A DNA stretch of 64,000 nt from Chlamydiota bacterium (GTDB taxonomy: Bacteria; Chlamydiota; Chlamydiia; Chlamydiales; SM23-39): NCBI GenBank assembly GCA_038534095.1, contig JBCAXK010000001.1, positions 1 to 64,000 of the forward strand, given 5' to 3'. A model generated the notes under the pieces. It had not been told where the DNA came from and searched no databases. It was given only the letters and a program-made list of their open reading frames with translations. Of the stretch, positions 39,062 to 49,500 are shown piece by piece; position 1 is the stretch's first letter, and each line of letters begins with the position of its first letter. The position numbers and the translations under genes were made by a program.

Positions 39062-39541
39062 ATGAAAAATTTTAGTAGTCAAAAGCTTGATCGGTGGTTC
39101 ATGCAAGAAGCTTTACTCGAAGCCAAAAAAGCGTTTCTCGAAGAAGAGGTTCCTGTTGGAGCCGTCATTGTTCGGGAAAATCTGGTGATTGGAGCAGGGC
39201 ATAATCGGGTAGAATCTCTCAAAGATGCTACGGCGCACGCAGAAATCCTTGCGCTGAAAAGTGCTAGCCAGTCTATGGGAGACTGGCGCCTTTTAGATAC
39301 TACGTTGTACGTGACTTTAGAACCCTGTGTCATGTGCGCGGGAGCGATCATGCAATCCCGCGTAAAAAGAGTTGTTTTTGGAGCAAAAGACCTGCGTTTA
39401 GGAGCCAATGGCAGCTTTGTTGATCTATTTAAAGAAAAGCATCCCATGCACCAAGTAGTGATTGAAGGAGGGGTTTTGGCTGAGGAATCTTCCGTTCTAT
39501 TAAAAACATTTTTTCAAAAAAGAAGATCGAAAAAAATCTAA
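39062..39541 (+). CDS. tadA: tRNA adenosine(34) deaminase
   Basis: EVPVGAV, TAHAE, TLEPCVMCAGA and FFQKRR. Confidence 0.95.
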   Translation: MKNFSSQKLDRWFMQEALLEAKKAFLEEEVPVGAVIVRENLVIGAGHNRVESLKDATAHAEILALKSASQSMGDWRLLDTTLYVTLEPCVMCAGAIMQSRVKRVVFGAKDLRLGANGSFVDLFKEKHPMHQVVIEGGVLAEESSVLLKTFFQKRRSKKI

Positions 39542-39718
39542 GAGACTCTTCTTAAAAAGATCCTTTGAAGAAAAAATTGTACCTATACAAGTAAAAAAAC
39601 CATTCTACCAGTAAGCTCATTTTAGTGATTAGCCTTAGAAAAAACCAAAACCTTTCCTAGCAAGACCCCTTCCACTTTTGCTTTTTCGATTCATCCCTCT
39701 TTTCTCCGATAAGTGAGA

Positions 39719-40246
39719 TCAGCTGCTTGATGGTACCAAACCAAGAGCTTCTTGCATTTTTGCGATGTGGAAAGCGTTGTTTTGTAAAAACTGCGCATTT
39801 TCTTCTCCGCTGTAAATGAAACTCGATCCTAAATATTCGATCCCCAAATAGGTGCAAATGTCCTCAAAGGTCTCTTCAAAGCTTCTTGGATAGGAAGTAC
39901 CAAAACTTGCAACGACAAATAACTGTTTCCCACGCAGTTTCCGTCCCAAATCCTTTCTGACGGATAGTAAATCACTGATTCGATCAAAAAAGATTTTATG
40001 TTGCGCGCTCATCTGGTACCAATAGACAGGCGTAGCGATGATGAGCGTATCGTAGTTTAAGAGATCTTCTATAAGGGGGATGAAATCATCCCCTATGTTT
40101 CGATGGGCATAGTCAAAAGGGGTGATGGTAAAATCACTTAGATCGTGGAGCGGAAAGGAAAAAGCTCCTAGGAGCTCATCGACCACTTTTCTTGTATTGC
40201 CATCGCTTCTTGAAGAACCAAAAAGAATCACAGGTTTTTTTTGCAT
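39719..40246 (-). CDS. Flavodoxin-like NAD(P)H-dependent FMN reductase family protein
   Basis: GSSRSDGNT FMN-binding loop, ATPVYWY and KIFFDR. Confidence 0.85.
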   Translation of the reverse strand: MQKKPVILFGSSRSDGNTRKVVDELLGAFSFPLHDLSDFTITPFDYAHRNIGDDFIPLIEDLLNYDTLIIATPVYWYQMSAQHKIFFDRISDLLSVRKDLGRKLRGKQLFVVASFGTSYPRSFEETFEDICTYLGIEYLGSSFIYSGEENAQFLQNNAFHIAKMQEALGLVPSSS

Positions 40247-40359
40247 GGGTTAGACATCCTATAGATTTTCCTCCGTTAGAACACCGAAGACCTGTGTCTT
40301 TTTATTCGTTTTCCCCAAGTGTTTTTCAGAAACTTGGGGAAGGGCTCATCAAAGAGAGG

Positions 40360-43086
40360 TTAGGCTGTCCCTGGCTCGGGGCTTGGAGAAATGCCAGAAG
40401 AGGAAGAGATTGAATCATCACACGTCGGAGGCTTGGGAGGAATGATCTTATTTTTTTGATCAAGATCTTTGAGCCTCTTCCTTTTTTTCTCTGCGTCCCA
40501 ATCGCCGTCCATGATGGATTGTACATCTTCTGCGTCGAGAGTTTCAAATTCCATCAGCATATCGGTCATCAGCTGCACTTTTTCTTTACGCTCTTCGATA
40601 ATTTTGTAAGCTCGATCGTAAGCATCTTGCAGAAGTTTATGAATTTCTGCGTCAATCTGACGAGCCGTTTCTTCCGAATAACTTTTCTCTGAGCGGTTCG
40701 ACATCCCCAAATACTGCCCCGACTCGCTACGCTCATCGTAAGAAACAAGCCCAATCGCGTCGCTCATCCCCCACTCACAGACCATGCTACGGGCCATTGC
40801 TGTTGCGTGAGCAATGTCCTGCCTAGCACCTGATGACTGATCTTGCACAAAAAGATTTTCCGCAGCGCGACCTCCCATCAGCACGGCCAAAATATCGATC
40901 ACCTCTTTTTTCCAGTAGCCAAGGCGGTTTTTTTTCGGCATAAAATGGGTCGATCCAAGGGAGCTTCCTCTTGGAATGATCGTCACCTTATCGATCGGAT
41001 CGTAATGCTGGACCATCAGGCCTACAACGGCATGTCCCGATTCGTGATAAGCAGTAGTTTTCTTTTCTGACTCATCCATTTCAAGACTTTTGCGCTCTTT
41101 ACCGAAACGGACCTTATCGCACGCTTCTCTTGTTTCTGCTTCTGTAACTGCAGACCTGCCTTTTCTCGCGGCTAAAAGGGCCGCTTCATTCAAAATATTT
41201 TCTAAGTCAGCGCCTGATGACCCTGGGGTTTTCTTAGCAATACTGAGCAGGCTCACAGAAGCGTCAATTTTGATTTTTCGCGCGTGCACTTTTAAGATTT
41301 CATGGCGCCCTTTCACATCGGGCAAGTCGAGAACAACCCTCCGATCAAAACGTCCTGGACGAAGGAGCGCTTTATCCAAAATATCGGGACGATTCGTCGC
41401 TGCGATCAAAATCACCCCTTCTCTTGTATCAAAACCATCCATTTCTACAAGAAGCTGGTTTAAGGTTTGCTCTCTTTCATCGTGACCTCCTCCGATGCCA
41501 GCTCCCCTATGCCGTCCTACAGCGTCAATTTCATCCATAAAAATGATGCAGGGTGCATTTTTTTTCGCCTGATCAAACATGTCCCGGATACGACTGGCCC
41601 CAACGCCCACAAACATTTCGACAAAATCTGAGCCTGAAATGGAAAAAAAGGGGCGATTTGCCTCTCCTGCAACCGCTTTCGCAATGAGCGTTTTTCCCGT
41701 TCCTGGAGGTCCTACTAGGAGGACACCTTTTGGAATTTTTGCTCCAAGGGCTGTGAACTTGCCAGGGTCACGTAAAAAATCGACAATTTCCTTGAGCTCT
41801 TCTTTCGATTCTTCAGCGCCAGCAACATCTTTGAAGGTGATTTTGTTCGCTTCTTTCGTCAATAAACGGGCAGGCGATTTACCAAAATTCATGGCTGTTG
41901 ATCCCATCCCCTTCATTTGTCTAGAGAAAATGAAGTAGAGAAGAGCGGCAACAATGATGACGGGCAGAAAAGTGAAAATGTAGCCGAAGTAATTGGGGGA
42001 AGGTTCTTCACTTTTATAACGCGTTTGCAAAACCGCGTTGATTGGCTGATCGGGAGCCTTAAAATATAACCCCTGATTTTGACTGAAATTTTCCCACTCT
42101 TTCTTACCCTGTTTGAACCAGCGGAAAAAAGATTCTCGATCCTGTTTTTCGAGCTGATTGGTACTAATTTCCTGGTTGTTAAAAAACCAGATCACATCGG
42201 CAACCTTAGCGCGCGCTTTTTTCAAAAGGGGGCGTTGCTGACTTAGCTCATCAAATATGAGGGCATATTGCGCTACATCTTCGGTGTAAGCGCGGAGAGA
42301 TCGGAGCGTTTGCAAACGGAGACCTTCCCCTTCTTGATCGATTTTCGTGGTGATTTCTCTTAAAGAGCCTAAAACGCTACGCACCTTTTCTAATGACGAA
42401 AAGCTCGCGTTCATCGAACGCACTTCTTGATTGAGGTTTTGAAGAGTTTCTTTGCTAGAGCTATCCCCAATGCCAAGCGACGGGGATTGATAGAGCTGCA
42501 CAAGGGACAAAAGATCTTTTTGAAAGGCCGCTAGATCAGCAGAAGTCCTCAAAGAAGGGAGGCGCTCTTCCATAGAGGCTAAATTGATCGAGCTTATCTT
42601 AGGAGCCTTTTCGATCACAATAGCGTTTTGCCGATCTGGAGTATCGTACATACGGCCAACGACCACGTAGCCACTTTCAGGAACACTCAGCCCCGAAATA
42701 CTCAGGAAGTAGGTGGCGGCGGCTGTTACATTTTTCTTAAGGATGGTTAAAGATGCGCTCAGTTTTTCTTTTTCTACAGCCCATTCTTGCTGTTGATTGA
42801 GGAGGGTAAGGTACTGAAAACGCTCTTTCCCTTCTGCGCTGACCTGGCCCAGAAAACGGCCAGAAAAGGTGACAAGATTGTCATTAACCGCCACTTTGCG
42901 GCTTTGATCACGGTCGATCAAGTGTAAATTTTCGAGATGCTCTAGCTGATGGCTATACGATACCCGTCCCATTTTTCCAGGCGAGAGACTTTGCAGTGTC
43001 AAGATAATCAAAATGATCGCAAAAATAAAAACAAGGAATCCTCCAGGAACGCCTCTTCTTGGGGGAGTGTTGTTAAAATCAGCCAT
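40360..43086 (-). CDS. ftsH: ATP-dependent zinc metalloprotease FtsH (chlamydial long form)
   Basis: Two TM helices flanking a ~330-aa periplasmic insert; [18 protein letters not shown] and HESGH. Confidence 0.97.
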   Translation of the reverse strand: MADFNNTPPRRGVPGGFLVFIFAIILIILTLQSLSPGKMGRVSYSHQLEHLENLHLIDRDQSRKVAVNDNLVTFSGRFLGQVSAEGKERFQYLTLLNQQQEWAVEKEKLSASLTILKKNVTAAATYFLSISGLSVPESGYVVVGRMYDTPDRQNAIVIEKAPKISSINLASMEERLPSLRTSADLAAFQKDLLSLVQLYQSPSLGIGDSSSKETLQNLNQEVRSMNASFSSLEKVRSVLGSLREITTKIDQEGEGLRLQTLRSLRAYTEDVAQYALIFDELSQQRPLLKKARAKVADVIWFFNNQEISTNQLEKQDRESFFRWFKQGKKEWENFSQNQGLYFKAPDQPINAVLQTRYKSEEPSPNYFGYIFTFLPVIIVAALLYFIFSRQMKGMGSTAMNFGKSPARLLTKEANKITFKDVAGAEESKEELKEIVDFLRDPGKFTALGAKIPKGVLLVGPPGTGKTLIAKAVAGEANRPFFSISGSDFVEMFVGVGASRIRDMFDQAKKNAPCIIFMDEIDAVGRHRGAGIGGGHDEREQTLNQLLVEMDGFDTREGVILIAATNRPDILDKALLRPGRFDRRVVLDLPDVKGRHEILKVHARKIKIDASVSLLSIAKKTPGSSGADLENILNEAALLAARKGRSAVTEAETREACDKVRFGKERKSLEMDESEKKTTAYHESGHAVVGLMVQHYDPIDKVTIIPRGSSLGSTHFMPKKNRLGYWKKEVIDILAVLMGGRAAENLFVQDQSSGARQDIAHATAMARSMVCEWGMSDAIGLVSYDERSESGQYLGMSNRSEKSYSEETARQIDAEIHKLLQDAYDRAYKIIEERKEKVQLMTDMLMEFETLDAEDVQSIMDGDWDAEKKRKRLKDLDQKNKIIPPKPPTCDDSISSSSGISPSPEPGTA

Positions 43087-43268
43087 CGATAACTTCCCTT
43101 ATGTAATTGGTTTTGTAATCTTTGAATAGCAAAAATTGCTTCATTACATCATACGATGCATTTTTTCGTAAAGATTTGCGCTAATAAAGAATTGAAAAAT
43201 CCCCCTATATAGTATAGCCTCATCCCCATTTTGGAATATAGCAAAAACAAATGTTTATGGGGAGAGTT

Positions 43269-44546
43269 TTATACAGAAACAAGATCCTCAAAAAAAAACT
43301 CTACGCAAACACCTAAAGAAAGCTGCGAGCAAAATGGTGTGTACACTTCCCCGTGGTCACTCATAAGAACAAGGCACTCGTTTCTAATGGGGAGGGGGAT
43401 CTTTTGCTTGCCGAGTTTTTTCCTCCAATACGTTGAAGCGCGCTTTACAGTATAATAGTTCCCTTTTGGCACAAAAAAAGAGACCTTTCCTTGAAAGTAG
43501 TCGGTCCATGAATACTCCCTTCTACAAGATTCTTCTAAGCCGTCGCCTAGATAAAACCGTTTTTCGTGTAGGTGATCTGTGGCATCAGATGTCTTGTTCA
43601 AAAAAAAGAGCGCATCTTGATGGAGGTAGAGCGTTGTGTTCTTAAGAGGTAAAGAAACAGAAGATTTTTTCTGCGCGGTCCAAACAAGCAGCTCCTCCAA
43701 AGGGGCTCTTTTACAAAAGTCCCCCCTTTTTTCTAGCAATTTTTGAATCAGGTATTTTTTTTCAAAATCGCTCATAGCAGAAATGTTGGGGACCATCATT
43801 CCAAAGGGTCCCTCGATCTGTTGGTCAAGCCGCTTTTGGACAGTTTGCTCCAAATACTTAGATAGGTCCTGACTTTGTTTAGCAAGGTGGATCAGGCTTT
43901 TTTGTACCCCTTTCCCAAAAGATGCCTCTAATTGAGGTAAGAGGTGCTGCCTTAGGCGCGCCCGAAGATACTTCGTACAGTGATTCGTCGGATCTTCTAG
44001 GTAGGTTTTTCCTATTCCGTTTAAAAAGTGTAGAAGCTCTTTTTCAGAAACGTCCAATAAGGGGCGAAAAATCGTGAGATTCCCTAGGTGTTTTTTCGGC
44101 AACATGCCATGGAGTTTTTGAAGAGAGGCCCCTTCAAGTAGACGTTTGAGAACCGTTTCGGCTTGATCTTGACGGTGATGGGCTAAAACGATCCCTTGCG
44201 CGCCCGTTTTTTCCGCCACCTCGTTAAAAAAGGAGAGGCGATCTTCACGCGCTCGATCCTCACGATTATTTTGCTCACTGCGCACAATTTTTTTGGTATA
44301 CACCGCTTTTTTAAGAAAAGCGGCCTCTTTCCTTATCTCCTTTTCTTCTTGATCTGCTTCTTTTCGCCACCCATGATTGATGTGGACAATAATCGTAGGA
44401 AACGGGGGCTTAAGAGCGTGAAGGGCGTAGAGAAGCGCCTTCGAATCGCGCCCCCCTGAATACCCCACCATAAGAGGCTTTTTCGGAGACAAGCTACTCA
44501 TCCACTTTGATAATTGAGAAAAGAATCTGGGCTCTGAAGAGAACAT
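43269..44546 (-). CDS. tilS: tRNA(Ile)-lysidine synthetase
   Basis: SGGRDS PP-loop, HINHGWR, AHHRQDQAET, RPLL and EDPTN; upstream of ftsH. Confidence 0.93.
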   Translation of the reverse strand: MFSSEPRFFSQLSKWMSSLSPKKPLMVGYSGGRDSKALLYALHALKPPFPTIIVHINHGWRKEADQEEKEIRKEAAFLKKAVYTKKIVRSEQNNREDRAREDRLSFFNEVAEKTGAQGIVLAHHRQDQAETVLKRLLEGASLQKLHGMLPKKHLGNLTIFRPLLDVSEKELLHFLNGIGKTYLEDPTNHCTKYLRARLRQHLLPQLEASFGKGVQKSLIHLAKQSQDLSKYLEQTVQKRLDQQIEGPFGMMVPNISAMSDFEKKYLIQKLLEKRGDFCKRAPLEELLVWTAQKKSSVSLPLKNTTLYLHQDALFFLNKTSDATDHLHEKRFYLGDGLEESCRREYSWTDYFQGKVSFFVPKGNYYTVKRASTYWRKKLGKQKIPLPIRNECLVLMSDHGEVYTPFCSQLSLGVCVEFFFEDLVSV

Positions 44547-44562
44547 CGAATATAGTAGGGGT

Positions 44563-45603
44563 ATGACGCTTTTTTTGTATTTGCTGCGGCTCTTTTTGTG
44601 CCGGTTTTTTTTGTGCTTTTTCAGCCTTTGCGCAGGTCTAATCGTTACAAGATTTACCTCTTTGCACCTGTTTTTTTCTTTAAACCCGAGCTGGAAGCTC
44701 TTTTTTACGTTTGTAGTTTACCAAACGGCGTATATTATTCCGATGGCTATTGCAGGTGCCAGCATGCTAGCATCGATCCTATTCATGTTGCAACTAGAAG
44801 AAAGCGGACAAGGAATCGCCCTTCGCTCATCAGGACTCCCTTTCTTCTATCTTTTTTTTCCTCCTTTTCTTGTATCTCTTGTATTTTGTTCCCTCTGTTT
44901 TTTTGCAGGAGAGGTGGCAAGTGGGGCAAAGACGCATCAAAGAGGCCTTGTACAAGAGGCTGTGAAACACTCCCCTGCCGCATTACTCCGCTTGCAAATA
45001 TTCCCTAACACCTCTCTCTGGTGGCAAAATGCTCCCTACCACCCGACGCTCCTGATAGGAGAAGAAAATGGGCAGGAATTTCTTCTATCGGGATCGATGG
45101 AATCTACCGCAAGCGCCATCAAAAGCGAGCGCCTTTCTTGGATTTCATGCAAAAACCAGCGTGGCACCCCCCCTTTTTTCCCTGAAATCCAGATTGATGC
45201 CTACGAAGATGCCTGCCTTGAGCTAAAAGCGCTCGCTCTACTCGAAAAACCTTCTCAAGAAAAACCAAGATACTTGCTTAGCAAAACCCTTTGGAAAAGG
45301 CGTTGTGGCGATGAGGCTCAAAAACATCTTCATGAACTTTTCCGCCGGATTTCTCTAAGCCTTTCTCCTTGCACCCTCACCTTTTTAGGGATGGCAATGA
45401 TCCTTGGAATAGAACGGTTGCGGCGCCCCCCGGTTCTTGCGAAGGTGTTTGCCTGTTTTCTACTCTTTTTTCTGTTCTATTTTCTAGCAAAACTCTTCAA
45501 AGAAAGTGCTTTTCTTAGCTCCCTCTTTTTCTGCCTCAATCACCTTCTCCTTTTGGCTCTAGGGGCCGTTCATTTACATCAGTATAGAAAGGGCTTACCA
45601 TGA
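44563..45603 (+). CDS. lptF: LptF/LptG family permease (LptF-like)
   Basis: 3+3 TM layout with ALRSSGL motif; paired with the next gene and divergent from tilS as in chlamydiae. Confidence 0.7.
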   Translation: MTLFLYLLRLFLCRFFLCFFSLCAGLIVTRFTSLHLFFSLNPSWKLFFTFVVYQTAYIIPMAIAGASMLASILFMLQLEESGQGIALRSSGLPFFYLFFPPFLVSLVFCSLCFFAGEVASGAKTHQRGLVQEAVKHSPAALLRLQIFPNTSLWWQNAPYHPTLLIGEENGQEFLLSGSMESTASAIKSERLSWISCKNQRGTPPFFPEIQIDAYEDACLELKALALLEKPSQEKPRYLLSKTLWKRRCGDEAQKHLHELFRRISLSLSPCTLTFLGMAMILGIERLRRPPVLAKVFACFLLFFLFYFLAKLFKESAFLSSLFFCLNHLLLLALGAVHLHQYRKGLP

Positions 45604-46580
45604 ATCTTGCTCTTCGATGGATCTTTTGCCGATATTTTCTCTCTTGGCTTAGCTACTCCCTATGTTTAGTAGTATTTTATATGCTTGTAGAGCTCCTGCT
45701 GGCTTTCCCCCATACGCATGCTAGCGCTCCTACCACTACAGCGTTTGCGATCTTGGCCTTCCGCGCTCTTGAGCAAAGCCATCTTATTGCGATCATCGCA
45801 TTTTATCTCAGTTTATTGACCATAGCAGCGCAAATAGAATCACAACAAGAATGGCTCCCCCTTGCGATCAGTGGCCTTACAAGAAAGCGGTTTTTTTTCC
45901 CCTCCCTTCTTTTAGCCTGTCTTTTGAGCCTGCTTTGCATGGTACACGAAGAGTACCTGCAGCCTTATGCTCATGAACAGCTCTGTTTTTGGGAAAAGAG
46001 GCCCCCTTCTCCAAACGCTCTTTACTTTGAAGATGCTAGCGCTCTTCTTTACGCAACCAAAAGCGACCAGAATATCTATCGGGTCTATTGGATCAAAAAT
46101 GACCAAGAACTGTGGCGTATGGAGCAATTCGACCTGCAGAAAAGAAGGGGCAACTTTGTCGATCATTTCGTAAAAAATGCAGAAGGACTTTTTGTAAAAA
46201 GCGGTTCTTGGGAACAACGATCTTTTCACGAAATGCCCCTTTTTACCTGTGGCAGAGGGGGCCTACGTACCTTATGTGAAGAGATTAGTTCTTTCGGCTA
46301 TCCGACAAAACGTTCGATGAGGGGCGCTGGGGCTACCATTGCGGGGGGATGCTTTCCTCTTGTAGCCTCCCTTCTCCTTTTCCCTTTTTGCGCACGCTTT
46401 GAAGAGAAAACCTCAAGGAGAAAAGCAGGCCGGTACGGACTTGTGGGAGGGATTCTCCTCTATTTTGTACAAACAGCGCTACTAACCTGTATCCCCCTTT
46501 CGGAAAGCTTGTGGCTCACTTTTTCTCTTATCTACTTGAGCAGCTGGGGGATTGGGATTGGTTTATACTTACGCGGCTAA
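45600..46580 (+). CDS. lptG: LptF/LptG family permease (LptG-like)
   Basis: QEWLPLAISGL coupling-helix motif, 3+3 TM layout, 4-nt overlap with the preceding gene. Confidence 0.65.
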   Translation: MNLALRWIFCRYFLSWLSYSLCLVVFYMLVELLLAFPHTHASAPTTTAFAILAFRALEQSHLIAIIAFYLSLLTIAAQIESQQEWLPLAISGLTRKRFFFPSLLLACLLSLLCMVHEEYLQPYAHEQLCFWEKRPPSPNALYFEDASALLYATKSDQNIYRVYWIKNDQELWRMEQFDLQKRRGNFVDHFVKNAEGLFVKSGSWEQRSFHEMPLFTCGRGGLRTLCEEISSFGYPTKRSMRGAGATIAGGCFPLVASLLLFPFCARFEEKTSRRKAGRYGLVGGILLYFVQTALLTCIPLSESLWLTFSLIYLSSWGIGIGLYLRG

Positions 46581-49500
46581 TTTCTGCGCTTAAAGCTTCT
46601 AGAGGGTTTTCATAATAGCGCTTTGGATTTTTTGTCACCCACATCCCATGCTCAGGCGAGTAATACCGATTTTTGTAATACACCTTATTCGAATAGGAAT
46701 CTACGCGGGATGAAGCAAAGCGCCACGGATTGATCCAAGGCACATCGAGCACGTTGATTTCCTCACCAAACAGGGTGAAGTTGGACTGCTCAACTAGCGC
46801 AAGATTTTCTCCAAGAAGACCTACGGTATTGCCAAAAAAATCTTGTAACGGGTAGTAGATTTCATCATAAAGCTCTAAACAGATCATACGAGGAAATGGA
46901 CTCACATCTGGATTTTTTAGGACGCGCATTTCGACCAAAGAACCTTTTTGATAACGACCAATCTCTAGCTCCCCATCATAGAGAAACTGGGTATCATACT
47001 TCTTCTTCCAGTGGGTCTCATCGGGCTCAAATACGCTCATGCCAATCCTTCTATGATACCCGTCGTAATCGTAATGTATATTGAACTTGTCCTCAATCGC
47101 GTAGCAAATCAAACGGTCGAGCGCATCGTAGGTATACAAAATTGTTTTGTTCCCAAGAATTTCTGAACAAAGATTTCCATTTTTATCATAAATTAACTTA
47201 ATTCTTGTTCCCTTTCCAATCTCTTGGTGATGCTCTTTTTCTCCGAGGTCCTGACCCCACAGTGGCTTGCGTATCCAGTCAGAATAGTCCTTAGACACAA
47301 TGCCGCTCTCTTGTAAGGGATGCCCTAAAGGATCGTACAAGAAGAGATCTTCTTCTTTATGACCATAAATTGTGGTTTCAAGTGTTTCGATCGCTCCACT
47401 TGGACCGGTAGCTAGAATTTTTTGTCGAAACTTTTCTTGAGACTTTTCGATCAATCTACCACCCTGGTCATACTGGTATAGCGTATCAAAAGAGGAGCGC
47501 TCCCGAAGCACATTGCCTGCTAAATCATATTGCAAACACTGGTGTGAAAACACCTTTTCTCCATAATGATCATAACGGGAAATAGAGCTGAGATAGATAG
47601 GATCGTATTTATACACAACGCGTGAGGTGTCGGGGAGGGAGATTTCTGTTTTTTGCCCCATCGAATTGTAATCAAACTGCAAAAAAAGACCATTTTCTAA
47701 TATCTCTTTTGCAAGGCGCCCTTCTCGATTATATACTCTCGCGGTTTTTTGCCCTGTGAGATGATCCTGACAACCAAGAGACCTCCCATACGCATCGTAA
47801 AAGTACGTGTAATCAACAGTCCCATCAGAAGAGAAAAGACGCGTCAAGCGATCTTGAAAATCATAGTTCCTTGTAATCGCTACTCCATCGGGTTTAAACG
47901 TCTCAAACAACTTCCCTGTAGGTGTATAGGTGTAGTAATACTGCCGTTCTAATTCTGAATCAGCAAACTCAATCAGGGATTGAATCTGATTCATCGTATT
48001 GTACTCATAGGCATTTTTGGTCACCCTTTTTTCTCCCATTGGAGTAAAGAGCGTTTCTGCATGCTCAATAAGATTGCCTCGAAAGTCGTAAAAATAGGCA
48101 TCTTCTTCGAGAAGGCTCTCACCATGCCTTTTTTTGCTACTAACAAGACGTCCTAAAGCGTCGCGGAGTTCTACCACTTCGATTCCTGAAGGATTTTTCC
48201 TAGTCTGCTCTTCAAGAATAAGACCGTTTTCTAATTGATGCTTTTCATAGAAATAGTCGGTGCGTCTCCCTTCAGGGTCGATGGTATGGGTGAGCCTCAA
48301 AAATCCATCATAGGCTCTTGTTGTTAATGAAGGTGCATTATTAACGTAAGAAACGGTATTGATACAACAGTCCATTGGATCATACCGGTACGATTCTCGG
48401 AATAAAATCCGATTTCTTGGATAGTCTTCCTGGATAGACTTTTCGATCACCCTACCCAAAAAGTCCCTTGTATATTCCTCATGAAACTGCGTTCCTGTAT
48501 TATGATGCCGCACTTTTGTTAAACGCCCTAACGGATCGTACTCATAAAACTCGATATTTTGTCCCATTTTTTTCCCAACTTTTTTCCCCGAAAAATCGTA
48601 GGTATACAAAATAGGATTTCCCTCTTCATCTGTTTCTGACAAAAGGTGAAACGCGTCGTAGGTTTTTCGTCTTTCTTGTAAGACTTTTCCAGTAGGAGAA
48701 ACGACTTGTTCCGATAAGCAGCGACCAAATCCATCGTATGCGTAACGGGTAACGACTCCTAAAGCATTGGTGATACTCTGCAACCGACCTGCTGAGTCAT
48801 AGGTGCGTAGTTCTTTGGTTCCATCAGCATATTCTATTGAGGCCAATTGATCATCTAGCGTGTAGGTCATGGCCGTTTCTTGTTTTTTTTCAAACCACTC
48901 CTCGATCAATCGACCATAGGAATCATAATGGGAAGTATAGGTGGGCCTACGAACGACGCCACTTTTTGTGCTGACTGCAGGGGTAATGCGTTTCACCATC
49001 TGCCCAAGACGGTTATACTGATAATTCTCTACTTGGCCCAAGTAATTTTTCTTCTTGATCATCCTTCCTAAAAGATCGTAGGAAAAACGTTCATGGTGCG
49101 TTTCTTCTTCATCAGAAATGGTCTCTTTTAAGATCACCTGCCCTAACGAATTGAACGACCGTAACGTTTTCCTCTTCCCTTGAATCTCTTCTTCTCCGAT
49201 CCTCCGATGATGCTCATCATGAAACACCATGTTTGCGTAAAGAGCATTTGACTCCCGTTTTAGAAGTCCCTTCTCATCGTAAGCAACCTTTTCTGCGTAG
49301 CAATATGCGCCCGTTGCGTCGTACACCGCTTTTTTGGTCACTTTTCCTAAATGGTTGTATTGAAACGTTTCTTTACCCGAAAAAACGTCCTGCTGGTTTT
49401 TAGCATCGTAGTACCAATGCTCTTTGATATCTACAATGCCAATAAAGGGCGCTTCCGTTCTCAAAAGATATTTGGTGATCTGCCTCTGCGTAACTCCGTC

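Noticed and set aside
40360..43086. Unusually long FtsH as a novel fusion
   Set aside because: The large periplasmic insert is a known feature of chlamydial FtsH
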